Positions 27,166 to 41,782 of a DNA stretch of 64,000 bases are shown here, one piece after another. The position numbers were made by a program, and so were the translations under genes. Each line of letters starts with the position of its first letter. Position 1 is the stretch's first letter. The stretch comes from the human T2T-CHM13v2.0 reference genome, Homo sapiens. The notes beneath the pieces were generated by a model, which saw only the letters and a list, made by a program, of their open reading frames with translations, had not been told where the DNA came from and did no database searches. Location of the stretch: NCBI RefSeq assembly GCF_009914755.1, contig NC_060933.1. One strand, 5' to 3'.

Positions 27166-30019
27166 GAAATAAATTTTCTTTCTTATTCCAACCCCCATTT
27201 GTAAGTAGAACTTGTACAATAGATCTTTGATAGAATTATGTGCTTCTCTTATTTTCCCAGCTCATTAAAAATCTTCATCTTTAATAATTCCCCTAAAGGC
27301 TTTGCAGGGTTTCTCGTAATTTGCAGACACATATTGCTGTGTTTAAAACTTTTATACCCTCTCATACAATAAGGAGTAACTGCTCTTCTTATGAAAACGG
27401 AGAATGAGGCTGATCGATTTGCTTTCTCAGTAGTATTGAGACAATTCCTCATCAGATTAATAGCTCTATGTTTCCCCCAAATTCCTTGCTTTTAAGGGAT
27501 AATGAAAGAGAAATACCACCTAATATCTTCTACCCCTTTTTCAATTTCAAGCTTGAATTGCGTATTCCCAAACTTTAAAGGATTATTTTTCCTTTTAAAA
27601 TCTTTTAAAATCAATTCTTATCATATTTGCTACTTACTAATTTGTTTTTAAATTTAAAATCACCATTACATTTCAGTTTTTACTTCAAAATTCAAAACGT
27701 AACTCTTTCGCATTACACCTACTCTGTAAAATTGAGGTGAAGGATTCACTTAATTTTCTGCATTGTATTTCAATACACTGATGCTGGCACTCACACATTA
27801 TAGGTAAGAGGAAAAATTGCACAGATTTTTCTGAATCAAAATTTTGAAATATGTATTGAAGTCTTTAAAACATCCATAATCAAATCATTCAGCATTTCAC
27901 TTTTGGTCCCAAACCATTTACATACATAGAGATTTGTGTAATAATGCAACTAAATGTATTCCAAAATAGTTTCTTATGTGGAGATTAGTCAAAGGACTCT
28001 TGATAATTGTTACAAATGAGAAACTAAATATATATGCAAATATATGTATTGATTAAATATTTTATAATATGTGTATGTAATATATATACCTCTTCAAAGG
28101 ATGCATAAACATATAAAAATAATTTCCTAAAATATAAAAGAATGTACATTATGAAAAATATAATCTTGATTACATGTAAAAAGAAAATTATGACTACACA
28201 TGCTAAATTTTAGTAGTGGTTAACTCTGACTGGTTGGTACAGATAATTGTAATTTCTCTATTTGTGATTTCTGGCATTTCCTTAGTTTCCTATCATAAAG
28301 GGTTTTTTCTCTGAAGTTGAAATTGTTGAACACTTTTCAGAGGAGAGAAATTATTCAGTAAAAAATCTGCCTCCAATATTGTGGTAAGCACATTATAACA
28401 GCTTCTTGCAGACAGAGAAAAAATTACAGGCAGTCACAAAACCCAGGTCATATAATTAACTTCTCTTGGACAGTGACCCTTTAACCTAGTTCAAATCCAA
28501 TAACATTGGGCATATCCAGAAGACAAAATAGTTCTCTATGTTCTCAATGTCACTTGGTGTGATGAGGATCCCTAGCCTGTCCTATCCATCGTTGCATTTA
28601 TGTACAAAGTATTTTGTTTGTCCCAGTTTCGTGTTATTTTTGTAGCTTCAAAATGATAAAACATAGCAATCAGGCATCCCACCTGTCCTGGATTTTAACC
28701 AAGGATAAAATAAATCACAACAGCTTTGCACTCAGTTGAAAATTAATATTCATTGCCAGAGTAACGAATAAAAGGCATGATAATATCATGTAAGTCATTA
28801 GGTCTGTGGATGTCACTTTTGTACCATCTAAATTATAATATTCATCATTTTTCAGGCCTTAGTGTGTCTTAAAGGGAGACTACAAAACATATTTAGAGCT
28901 TGCCAGAAGCTTGGTGGCTGCTGAGATTCATTTTAAAGGACTTTTAAAAAAAATCGTTGGTACTTAATATCATCAGGGTCAAGGGAGTATTTGAGAGACT
29001 TGATGCAGCAGAACAAAGACAGGTCGGCAGGCTTGCTGCCATCTAAAAGTTATAAGGCAGAAGAAAACCTAATTTTTGCACTCCCTTAAGAGACTAAATG
29101 AGCAAAGCAAAGAAAACAAAGCTATAATAACCTCTCCCTAAAAATCCAGCTTACTGTTCTCTCTTCTCAGAATGTAAATGCTAAACATTTAATTAACTTA
29201 GAGTTGTTTCCTAGTATGTGTGGTTTAATTGCCACACACATTTTTTAAGGTAAGCCTTGCCTTAAGCTGGTTTCTTTGATATGAGAAAGAAATCTTCGAT
29301 TTGAATTCACATCTGAAAGGACATAAAGAATATCATGGAAAAAGAAACTTCCCAATGTCTTACTAGAAATTAAGATTTAATATTATGATTGTGCTAGAAA
29401 AAAGTTGCAATTGTTTAAAGGCAATTCTTAATGCTGCCCTCTGTAAAAGTAATTTCATGGAGAAAATAAACTGACATACATATTCTAGACCTAACTCTTT
29501 TCCTTCTTCAAGTTGATACCCTGCCTCACTAAGCATTTTCAGAAGCTGATGACAATCATGAACACTGGCTATCTCTAGGCTTTGTCTCCCCTCCCTTTGT
29601 CATCTCACCTTCTGATATGATTGCTAGCAAGCAATGAGAAGGCTGAAATTATCTCACAGAAAACCAGAGAAGCAATTCATACTTTAAAAAATATATGCAT
29701 ATGAATGCATTTTACATGTATTACTCCATGTTATGATAGTAATAATTGTGAAAATAATGATAGCAACTATGTATTAAGTGTTTCTATGCTAGAAACGGGA
29801 CTGAGTATATATTTATAGATAGACAATGATATGATAATTATATGAAATATGTATATATAAATATGTGTGTATATTCAATTGCTTTAACTACATATTTATG
29901 TTGTTACACATAAAGCAATTTCATCACATACTTTATATTTTATGAATTCCTGAAACATCCTAAAAAGATGAGATTTTTATTCGCATGAATTTACCAAAGA
30001 AAAAACAAAGATGTTCTAG

Positions 30020-31870
30020 AGACTTATGCTTTCTGGTTCATCATGTAAAAAGTTTAGAAATCACCAGTCCATCCTAGTCATAAACAAAAAGCAGAACAAA
30101 CTGAAAAATCAGCAACTTTTTTTAGATCTATCAGAGAAGCAAGGTACCTGACAAACAGCTGCCCCTAAATTGGAGAGGCAAACAAGCAGATATGGAGAAT
30201 CAAAACTGGCTGGAGCAGAAATTCATGAGCAGAAGGCTTTGTGGGAAGCAGTACCAGGGTAGGAAAATACAAACTGTCATTGTGTTTGAGTTTTGTTGAG
30301 GGATCAATATGGACAAGTCTGAAAGTGAAAAATTCCAGGGGGACCTAATCATAAGAGGGCTTCCATGATTTTTTGAGTTTTTCCTCCAGGAACTCAACCC
30401 AGTTTCACAAACTGAATATTAGAGAAAAATTATCTCATGCTTCTGGCAGGGGGAGAGGAAAGCAGATCATTCAGAAATAGACCAGAACTCTCTGTTCTTC
30501 TTAACAAGGCCTGCCCTCAGAATAAACTACTTTACTAGAACCTATTCTACTGTGGTTTTATCACAGTCTAGCAAAACTGGAAGAAGGGAAATATTTGACT
30601 CCAGCTCCTTCTAGCTATCCTACGCCAACTAAGTGCGGGGGCAGAGGATGAAACTCATTGGTGAAGGTCACAGTTCAGGGGCACATACTCATCAAAAAAC
30701 TGAGACCGAATCACAGGACTATAGAATGCTTCCCCTCACTCCTCACCCACCACACACCTTAACACTACATTACCAAAGTCCTATTTACTGCAGTTCTTTT
30801 ACCCAGTACATCATGCACATTTTTCAACAAAAAATTACAAGACATACTAAAAAGCAAAAAGCATAGTTGGAGGAGCCTGGAGAAGCCTGAGAACCAGAGT
30901 CCGACATGGCAAGAATGTTGAAATTATATGACTGGGAATTTTTAAAATTATGATTAATTAGCTAAGGGCTTGAATGAAAAAAATAGAAAACATGCAAGGA
31001 CAGACGGATAATGTAAGCAGAGAGATGAAAATTCTAGGAGAGAATCAGAAAGAAATGCCACTGATAAAAAACACTATAACAGAAATGAAAAATGCCTTTG
31101 ATGAGCTCATTAGTAAACTGCACATGGTTCAGGAAAGAATCTCTGAGCTTTAGAATATGACAATAGAAACTTCCAAAACTGAAAAGAAAAGAGAAAAAAA
31201 AGGCTGGCAAAAACAGTGAATAGTCCAAAAACTGTGGAAGAACTCCAAAAGCTATAACATATGGGTAATGAGAATTCACAAAAAAGAAGAGAGAAAAAAA
31301 GAAGCAATATGTGAAAGAATAATAATTGAAGATTTCCCCTAATTAAGGTCACACATCAAATCACATATCCAGGAATCTCAGAGAATATCAAGCAGAATAA
31401 AGGTTAAAAAAAAAAAAAAACTACACATAAACATACCATATTCAAACCTCAGAACATCACAGACTAAAAAAAAAAAATCTTGAAACAAGAAAGATGAAAA
31501 AAATTTCACCTAAAGAGGGAAAATTATAAGAATTGTAGCTGGCATCTCAGAAACCATGCAGGGAAGAAAAGAATGGAGTGAAATATTTAAAGTGTTGAGA
31601 GTAAAATCCACCAACCTAGAATTCTCTGCTATGCAAAATTATCCTTCAGAAGTAAAGGAAAAATAAAGACTTTCTAAGACAAAAATTAAAAGAATTTTTT
31701 GCCAATAGACCTCCCTTGCTAGAAATATCAAAGGAAGTTGTTCAGAAAGAAGAAAAATTATGTGGGTCAGAAACCAGATCTACATAAAGAAAGGAAGAGC
31801 ATCAAAGAATAAATAACTGAAGTTAAAATAAAATTTTATTCTCTTGCTCTTAATTGATCTAACATACACT
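30020..31870 (+). mobile_element. Old L1M (L1MC/L1M4-type) 5' region and ORF1 remnant
   Basis: aaatgaaaaatgcctttgatgagctcattagtaaactg, catctcagaaaccatgcagg, ccaacctagaattct...aaattatccttcagaagtaaagg. Confidence 0.75.
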
Positions 31871-31959
31871 GTTCAAAATAATTATAGCAGCATTGTATTA
31901 TGTATGCTTATATATATGCTTATGTATATACGTATGCTTACATATATATCACCACGTAT

Positions 31960-33449
<1,490 letters not shown>

Positions 33450-33450
<1 letters not shown>

Positions 33451-34825
33451 GATGAGGGAGGAGTTAGAAATAAGGTACTAGCACAACATGTGAAGCTGCA
33501 TAGAATTATGTGAAAGTGGACTTTGATTACTTGTAAATGTGTATGCAAATACTAGCACAATTATTTAAAAAATTTTAAAGAAGAATAATAGATTTGCTAA
33601 GAAAGAAGAGAAAATTGAATAATATAAAATACTCAATTAAAACCACAAAGGGCAGAAAATGGAAGACCAAAAAAAAAAAAAAGTAATAGTAACAAATATG
33701 GTAGAGATTAATTTAAACACATCAATAATCATCTTAAATGTCAATGGCCTAAGTACACCAATTAAAAGACAGAAATTGTCAGAGTAGATTAAAAACTAAC
33801 ATCTAACTAGATGTTGTCTATGAGAAAGTCATTTTAAGTAAAAACAGACATAAAGTAAAGGGATGAGGGAAGATACTCCATAATAACACTAATCAAAAGA
33901 AAGCATGAGTAGCTGTATTAATTTCAGACAGAGGGGACTTCAAAGCATGGAATGTTACTAGGGATAAAGAGGGACATTACATAATGTTAAAGATGTCAAT
34001 AATCCAAGAAGATATAACAGTTCTTAATGTATATGCATGTAACAACAGAGCATCAAAATATATAATGCAAAAACTGATAGAATTGCAAGGAGAAATACAT
34101 GAATTCACTATTATAGTTTAAGTATTTAGCATCGCTGTACCAGAAATGGACAGTTTCAGCAAGGAGAAAATCAGTAAGGTCATAGTTGAACTGAGCAGTT
34201 CCATTAATCAACTAGATACAATGGATATCTATAGACCACTTCACCCAACAACAGCAGATTGAACATTCTTCTCAAGCTCACATGGAACATTTACCAGATT
34301 AATCCACATTAAATGTCATAAAACACACCTCAACAAATTTCAAAGAATAGAAATTACACATCTTCTCTTAGACGACAGTGATATTAAACTAGAGATTAAT
34401 AACAGAAAAAGAATTGAAACACCCCAAAACACTTAAAGATTAACAACATACTTCTAAATTATATAAGAATCAAAGAAGAGTTAACAATAGAAGTGTGAAA
34501 ACATTTTGAAGTAATTGAAAATGAAAATACAATTTATTAAAAATTTTGGAATGCAGTAAAAGCAGTGCTTAAAAAGACATTTATAGCATTAAATGCATGT
34601 ATTGAAAAAAAGATCTAAAATTATCTAAACTTCCACCTAAGAACACTATCAAAATAAGAGAAGACAAAATCCAAAGTAAGCAGAGGATAAGAATTAAAAA
34701 TTAGAGCAAAAAATCAATAAAATTGGAAACCAGACATTAATAGAGGAAACTGATGAAACTGAAAGCTGGTTATTTGACAAGATCAATAAAATCAGTGTGA
34801 CTATCCAGGTTAATTGAGGAAAAAA
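33450..34825 (+). mobile_element. Old L1M ORF2 endonuclease region remnant
   Basis: ttaaatgtcaatggcctaagtacaccaattaaaagacag, acattcttctcaagctcacatggaacatt, gaatgcagtaaaagcagtgctta. Confidence 0.75.
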
Positions 34826-35350
34826 GGAGAACGTGGTACATAAACACAGTGGGGTACTACTCAGCCATAAAAAAGAATAAGATCCTGTCATTTGCAACAA
34901 CACAGATGGAACTGGAGGTCATTAATAAAATAAGCCAGGCACAGATACAAAAACTTTGCTGTTCTCATGTATTTGCAAGACTTTAAAACAATTGAACTCA
35001 TAGAGACAGAGAATAGAAGAATGGTTGGCAGAGCCTTGGAGGATAGTTGGGGTGGGCAGTGAGGATGGTTAATGGGTACAAAACGTATTTTTAAAGTGTG
35101 AATAAGATCTAGTATTTTATAGGACAACAGAGTGTCTATAATCAATAATAATTTAATTTTACATTTAAAAAAACTAAAAGAAGGTAGATGGATTGTTTTA
35201 ACCCAAAGGATAAATGCCTGAGGGGTTAGAGATCTCATTTACCATGATGTGATTTTATGCACTGCATGCTTATATCAAAGTATCTCATATACCCCATATA
35301 AATATACACCTACTATGTACCCACAAAAATTAAACATTTAAAAAAAAACA
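34826..35350 (+). mobile_element. L1MA 3' end
   Basis: tactactcagccataaaaaagaataagatcctgtcatttgcaacaac ... atatacacctactatgtacccacaaaaatt. Confidence 0.8.
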
Positions 35351-35514
35351 GCATGTCAAGCATGGTCTTACTTTTGTGCAAATATATTTACATATGCATT
35401 GAAAAGAAACCCAGAAGGACATTCTAAAATTTGTAAGAGTGGTTATTTTAATGATGGTGAATTTGGGGTAATTTTTTTTTCTGTTTTTGCATTTCTGTGT
35501 TTTCTATACTGAAA

Positions 35515-37190
35515 GAGAATAAAAAAGTCAGGACTGACACTACCCAACTTCAAGGCTTACTATAAAGATATATAATCAAAAAGTGTAGTATTGGCCGAAA
35601 AAAAAAAGTAGATAAAAACATTGATAGAACAGAATAGAGCTCCCAGAAATACACCCACATAAATGTAGTGGACTGATTTTTGACAAAGGAGTAAAGGCAA
35701 CACAATGAGGAAAAGAGAGTCATTTCAGCTGGAAAACTGAACACTGGAACAACTAAACATTCACATCAAAAATACAAATCTAAACACAGACTTTCCATGA
35801 TTCACATAAATGAAGACAAAATGAATCACCAATCTAAATGTGAATGAAATTCAAAACTATAAATCTCTTAGAGGATAACATAAGAGAAAAGCTCAACTAC
35901 TTTGGATATGGTGATGGCTTTTTGCATACAAACTAAAGGCATGATCCATGAAGGAAATAATTGATCCGAACTGATCAATTGAGCTGAACATCATTACAAT
36001 TTCTTTTAAAATTCTGCTATATTGAAGAAAATATCAAGATAATGAGAAGACAAGCTATAAATTGAATAAAATATTTACAAAAACACATCTTATAATGAAC
36101 TGTTATCCAAAATTTCTAAAATATACAAAAATCACTTAAAAATAAGAAAACAAATAACCCAATTAAAATCTAGCCAATGACCTGAACAGACAACTCACCA
36201 AAGAAGACATACAGATGGCGAATAAGCATATGAAAAGATGCTCATTTAATATCATATGTCATTAGGAAATTATAAATTAAAACATCATTGAGGTATCACA
36301 ATCCACCTATTACAAAGGCCAAAATTCAAAATTCTGACAACACCAAATGCAGCTGAGGATGTGGCGCTCAGGGACTCTCATTCATTGATAGTATGGATGC
36401 AAAATGGTATAGCCATTTTGGAAGGCAGTCTGGCAGTTTTTTTTTTTTTTACAAAGCTAAATATAATATTACCATATGATCAAGCAGTCACACTCCTTAG
36501 TATTTACTGAAATGATTTGAAAGTTTATGTCCACAAAAAAATTCTGCAAATGAATGTTATAGCAGTTTTTTTTTCATAATTGCCAAAACTTGGAAACATC
36601 TAAGATGTCCTTCAGTAGGTGAATGGATAAATAAACTCTGGTATATCCAAACAATGGAATATTATCCAGTATTAAAAATAAATGAGCTATCAAGTCATGA
36701 ATAGATATTAGGAAACCTAAATGCATCTTACTAAGTGAAAAGAAGCTAATCCAAAAAGGCTGCATTATGTGTGATTCCATCTATGTGACATTCTGGAAAA
36801 GACACAACTATAGAAACAGTAAAAGATTAGTGGTTGCCAGGAAGTAGAAAGAAGGGAGGTCTGAATAGGATATCTCACAGGATTTATGTAGAATTTTTAA
36901 GGCAGTGAAACTATTCTGTACAATACGACAATGGTGGATACAAGTCATTATACATTTGCGAAAATCCATGGAATATCCAACACCAAGAGTGAACCCTAAT
37001 GTGAAATATGGAACTTGGGTGACAGTGGGATGTCAATGGAGATGCATCAATTGTAACAGATGTGCCACTGAGGTGCAGAATGTCGAGAGTTGGGTGGGTT
37101 GTGCATGTGTGAGGACAGGAGGTATATGGCAACACTCTGTACTTTTACTGTGAACGTAACACGGCTCCAAAAAATACAGTTAATTAATTA
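35515..37190 (+). mobile_element. L1MC1/2-like ORF2 end and 3'-UTR
   Basis: ctcaccaaagaagacatacagatggc, acaccaagagtgaaccctaatgtg, catcaattgtaacagatgtgccact. Confidence 0.78.
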
Positions 37191-38021
37191 TTCTTTTTAT
37201 TGAGGTTCAGAGGCTTTAAATGACTTCTCCAGGTAAAATAATTGTTAAAGCTATGTGGAATTTGAATTCAAGTCTATCTTACTTCAGTAGTGTCTCCACA
37301 ACGCCACAATATCCATATGTACTTGAAACCTAAAGATGAGGTAGTGTTAATTGACTTCAGAGTCAACAGATTGCCCCCATCTTGGTTGGCCTGGGAAGGT
37401 GTTTCAGGGAAAGTAAGTTATAAATCAGGTTGAATGATGGAAATATTCGAAAGTGGATTTTCCTATGTGAGCATACATACAGAGTTAGGCACAAACGGAT
37501 GAAAGAAGAAAGAAATAGCCAAGGGAAAAAAGTTTGGAAGGGGACAGCCCTGGTATTTTCAGAAGAGTAATGAGAGATGAGACTTAGTTCAAGTGGTGGT
37601 GAATAGAAGGATGTCCATATTTGTCAGGAGGCTGGAATTCAAGGCTAAATCCCAGAAGAGATGCTAAGAATGTAAAGCAAAAACCAAGAAATATTTAGAA
37701 GAAAAAGTTAAAATTATGTTAATGAAAAGGAGTATTTTATTTTTAGTACCAGGAATCTTAAAGAGAAGGAGGAATTTTACAAAAGAAGATTTAAACAGCT
37801 GGATTATATACCATAGAGAAATCAAAAATCATGATGACATGACATCCAAACATCGTTCAAATTTTCAAGTTACAAGTCCTGAAATGTTTCCCCTAGCTGT
37901 TGCAACAGTTTTCTTTAGAGATAATCATTTTAAAGTGTCTCTCTAGTTTGGTGCATAAACATTAAAGCAATTTCCTCATTTATTAGCTCTCCACTATGGA
38001 CCTTGTACCATGCTAAGGGTT

Positions 38022-38090
38022 TAGATAGATTAAAAAGATGGTAGATAGACAGATTAAATAGAAGATAGATAGATCGATAGATAGATAGAT
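38022..38090 (+). repeat. Degenerate (GATA)n repeat
   Basis: tagatagat...agatagatagatcgatagatagatagat. Confidence 0.8.
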
Positions 38091-39024
38091 ATGTGTGTAT
38101 ATATATACACACACATATATAGACACACCCAGAAACTCATAGTATATGATATAGATGTATATCAATTAAAGCTACTACAATCTAACACATATCACTCTCC
38201 CCTTCACAAGCATACTCTTTACAGTCTTTTTCACACTGCAGCTTCAATCATATGTTTGCTTAACTTGCTTTTCATATTAGAGTAAAAGCTGTTTTATCAG
38301 CAGCCTGTCAACTAGAAATCTCTATTTATGGCTACTCTTGCTCATTTGCAGTGCTCAGTCACTCTCCAAGTGATGAAATGTGAATCTCCTATATACAAAA
38401 ATAACCATTTGCACAGTGCATGCTCCTCTTCCCACTCACTCTCGAGATTGCTCCATCACAGCCACAACTCAAACTGTCCCAATATAAAAACAACACCTAG
38501 GTAATTCACTTGTGTTCAATTGCTACATCAATTGAGAAATGCCAATATCCATTGAGCATATGTTATGTGTCAGGTTCTGTATTTGGTATATCTCATGCAT
38601 TACTGCTTGCGAAACTCATAGATACATATTAAGTAGAGGTTTCATTTCCATTTTTCAGGGAAGAGAAACAGGGCTCAGAGAGGTAATACCAACTGTGCAA
38701 GGCCACACACCTCTAGGAGTAAATCTGGCATGTGAGTGAGATTGGACCTAGTGATTGTTGCATACTTGAAGGTGTTTTGATTCATCAGGCTCTGCCAACC
38801 ATAGAACCCTAATTTAGGACATGAAAAGAAAATGCCAGGTTTCTGTTGATTAATGCTATCCTTCTGAAAATGCAAATGGCTTATTTTAATGAGTTGGGTC
38901 ATTATAATAAGATACCTGGAAATTTAAATTTGCTATTTACTTGGAAAGAAGGAATTCAAAATGATCTACACCAAATAAAGCTTTCTATAATGAATTTGAC
39001 TATTTTTTTCTTTTTTTCCCCAAG

Positions 39025-39379
39025 TGATATGGTTTGGCTCTGTCCCCACCCAAATCTCACCTTGAATAGTAATAATCCCCATGTGTAAGGGCAGGTCCAG
39101 GTGGAGATAATTGAATCACGGGAATGGTTCCACACATACTGTCCTTGTGGTAGTGAGTAAGTCTCATGAGATCTGATGGTTTAATAAATGGGAGTTCCCC
39201 TGCACAAGCTCTATTGCCTGCCGCCATGTAAGATGTGACTTCGCTCCTCATTCACCTTCAGTCATGATTGTGAGGCATCCCAAGCCACATGGAACTGTGA
39301 GCCAATTACACCTTTTTCCTTTATAAATGACCTATTCTCAGGTATGTCTTTATTAGCAGCATGAGAATGGACTAACACA
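39025..39379 (+). mobile_element. THE1C/THE1B-like solo LTR
   Basis: tgatatggtttggctc...actaacaca with a perfect 5-bp TSD ccaag (39020-39024 / 39380-39384). Confidence 0.9.
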
Positions 39380-40639
39380 CCAAGAATATATACAAGGTCA
39401 CATGGCATGTCTTTACTTTGTCTGCCTTATAAACATTCATTTCAAATCTAAAGTGCATATACTTTAATTACTTGTAATTTTATGTCTCAGCATAAATGGA
39501 ATTCCATTCAGAAACAACATCTTCAGCTGTGATCCTGGTCTATTTTTACTCTATTGTCACTGAAATCACATTATCCTAGTCTGCTCATTGGCTGTTCTTA
39601 CATATTTGTCATACATTTATAAGAAAACACTTAAATGGATTTTTAAATGAAAGTAAAACATTCAGTACATATTTAAAATATTAAAAAGTACATTTTTACT
39701 AAAGATGAATAAATTAAATAAGTAGATCAGCATTCTTCATGTACAGGGCCTTGAGGTGTTTTTATGAAGCAAATGGATGTCATAACTTAAATATTAGACT
39801 TTATTTTAGCAAGAATATTTACAGGTAGCACTCAGGAATGCTCAAGACTCAAAGGCAGAAATTGAGGAAAGCCTATAGGAGTGGCAAATGAAACATAAAG
39901 GAAAAAAAATTCCTGGAGAGGAAAAGCAAAAGATAAGGGCAGCTTTAGTAGCAAGTAGAGTTTTTGCATGCTTATTTATTCAAAGCACTACCAAATTTGA
40001 GTATTGGATGGGATACTTATTGATTATCGAATGGGATGACAGGCATGAGCTATCACAGCAGGCCCCTTTTTTTTCTTTAAATAACAAAAACAGAGACCGC
40101 CAATCTTGGAAGTTCAGTAAAATCTTCCCGATGTGATCTCTGGACAGATAGCTGAAAAATGAGTGTGAATTACCTAGATGACCAGGTGTTGCGAGAGTAA
40201 AGTGTAGGAATCTTCCACAATGAGATTATCAGAAAGTAAAAGGACCTACATGAAGAAAAAGCATAATATATTTTAAGAAGTACTTAATGAATCATTATGG
40301 CAGAGTAATGGTGTTTAATGTAATTTTGTTTTATTTTGTCTCTTTTTTTTCCAATTTTTCAAGCTGTGGGACTCTTTCTTTAAAGGTATACTTATATGGA
40401 AACCCAGCATGTACTCTCTTCTTCTTTCTTCTTCCCCACAAATGTAGCTACTGTGATTGAAGGTGAGCTTTGAGGTGGCTCTGAAGTGAAGTTCTGACAG
40501 ATTCCCACTACACCCTTTAACACACAGTCACAACATGCTCAATACACAAAGACAAACATACATAGACACACACGAACAGACACACACTCAATTGTCTCTG
40601 AAAGTACTTTGTAGAAGACTAGCATTCTTTATGGCATTA

Positions 40640-41175
40640 TTTTCACACAACTGGACTGGAAGCTGGAGTGTGATGGTAAGAGTCAAAGAAAGGGAGCCAG
40701 AATAGTAAATAAACAATTAAGGACGTTGTAAATAGTCTTTGACGTTTGTATGTGAGTTATATCTGAGGTTAAATATGAGTTTAAAACTTATTGAAGGCAA
40801 TGGAGAGATAATATTGACTGTTATGGGGGGCAGGCAGGTGAGTGATGGATCACATTGTGCTTTAAAAAGTTTACTCTCACCCTAGTGGTAGGGCCAGTTT
40901 TGAGGCCCTTGAGATAACCGCATGACGCATGATGGGCCTGAGGTAAGGTAATGTCAGTGGGGGTGAGTGGAAAGAAGCAAGTAGACTTGAGAGATGTTTA
41001 GGAGGAAAAATTGTCAGATGTAGTGTTAGTTGCATAGGAATGGTTAAAGAGAAAATGATTTCTTCCTTGATCAACCGCATAGACTATTTTATAACTTATT
41101 AAAATAAGGAACATTGAAGGAAGCTTGGTGAAAGGAAATAAATAAATTTAATGGATTAAATGTTGAGTTTGTGGA
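40640..41175 (-). mobile_element. L2 fragments
   Basis: gatcacattgtgctttaaaaagtttactct, gacttgagagatgtttaggagg, tgttgagttt; boundaries approximate. Confidence 0.5.
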
Positions 41176-41744
41176 AAACTTGTTTTATTAAGCTTATTTA
41201 ATATTTTCATAAATAAGATACAAATAAAATAAATTTAAATAAAAATGAGTTTATTCAATAATTTATGTGGCTGATTTAATGATTTCAACTTAGTGGAGTT
41301 CATTGAAATACATATACTAAATATAAATAACAACTTTCCTTTCCAAGCACCCCAACTCACTATTCTCCCTCTTCATTTTCTTTATACTAGTTAGAAGTGA
41401 GAAAGGATTGTAGGAAATTTAACATTCCCAATTAATAATTTCTCAGTACGGCTGATTTTTTTCGAGAAATCTACAATATTTTTCCAGGTATTTCTTGCTT
41501 CAAGTTTTAGTCCTCTCTGAATAATTAAAGCCTCTCACTTAATCTCAGGCTATCCTTATGATGTTACTTGCAAAAAAAAAGAAAATTATTCATTTATTTC
41601 TACTCTTTTTGCCAAAGAGGCTGCAGGTATGGGGATATTTGCTTAAGTCCATAAAAGTCTGTGGTAGGTGAGGGGAGGTGCATTACTATTTTATGGTATG
41701 GCCTTGCTGATTCTAAATACGGGGGCATTCATGAGTATGATCTA

Positions 41745-41782
<38 letters not shown>

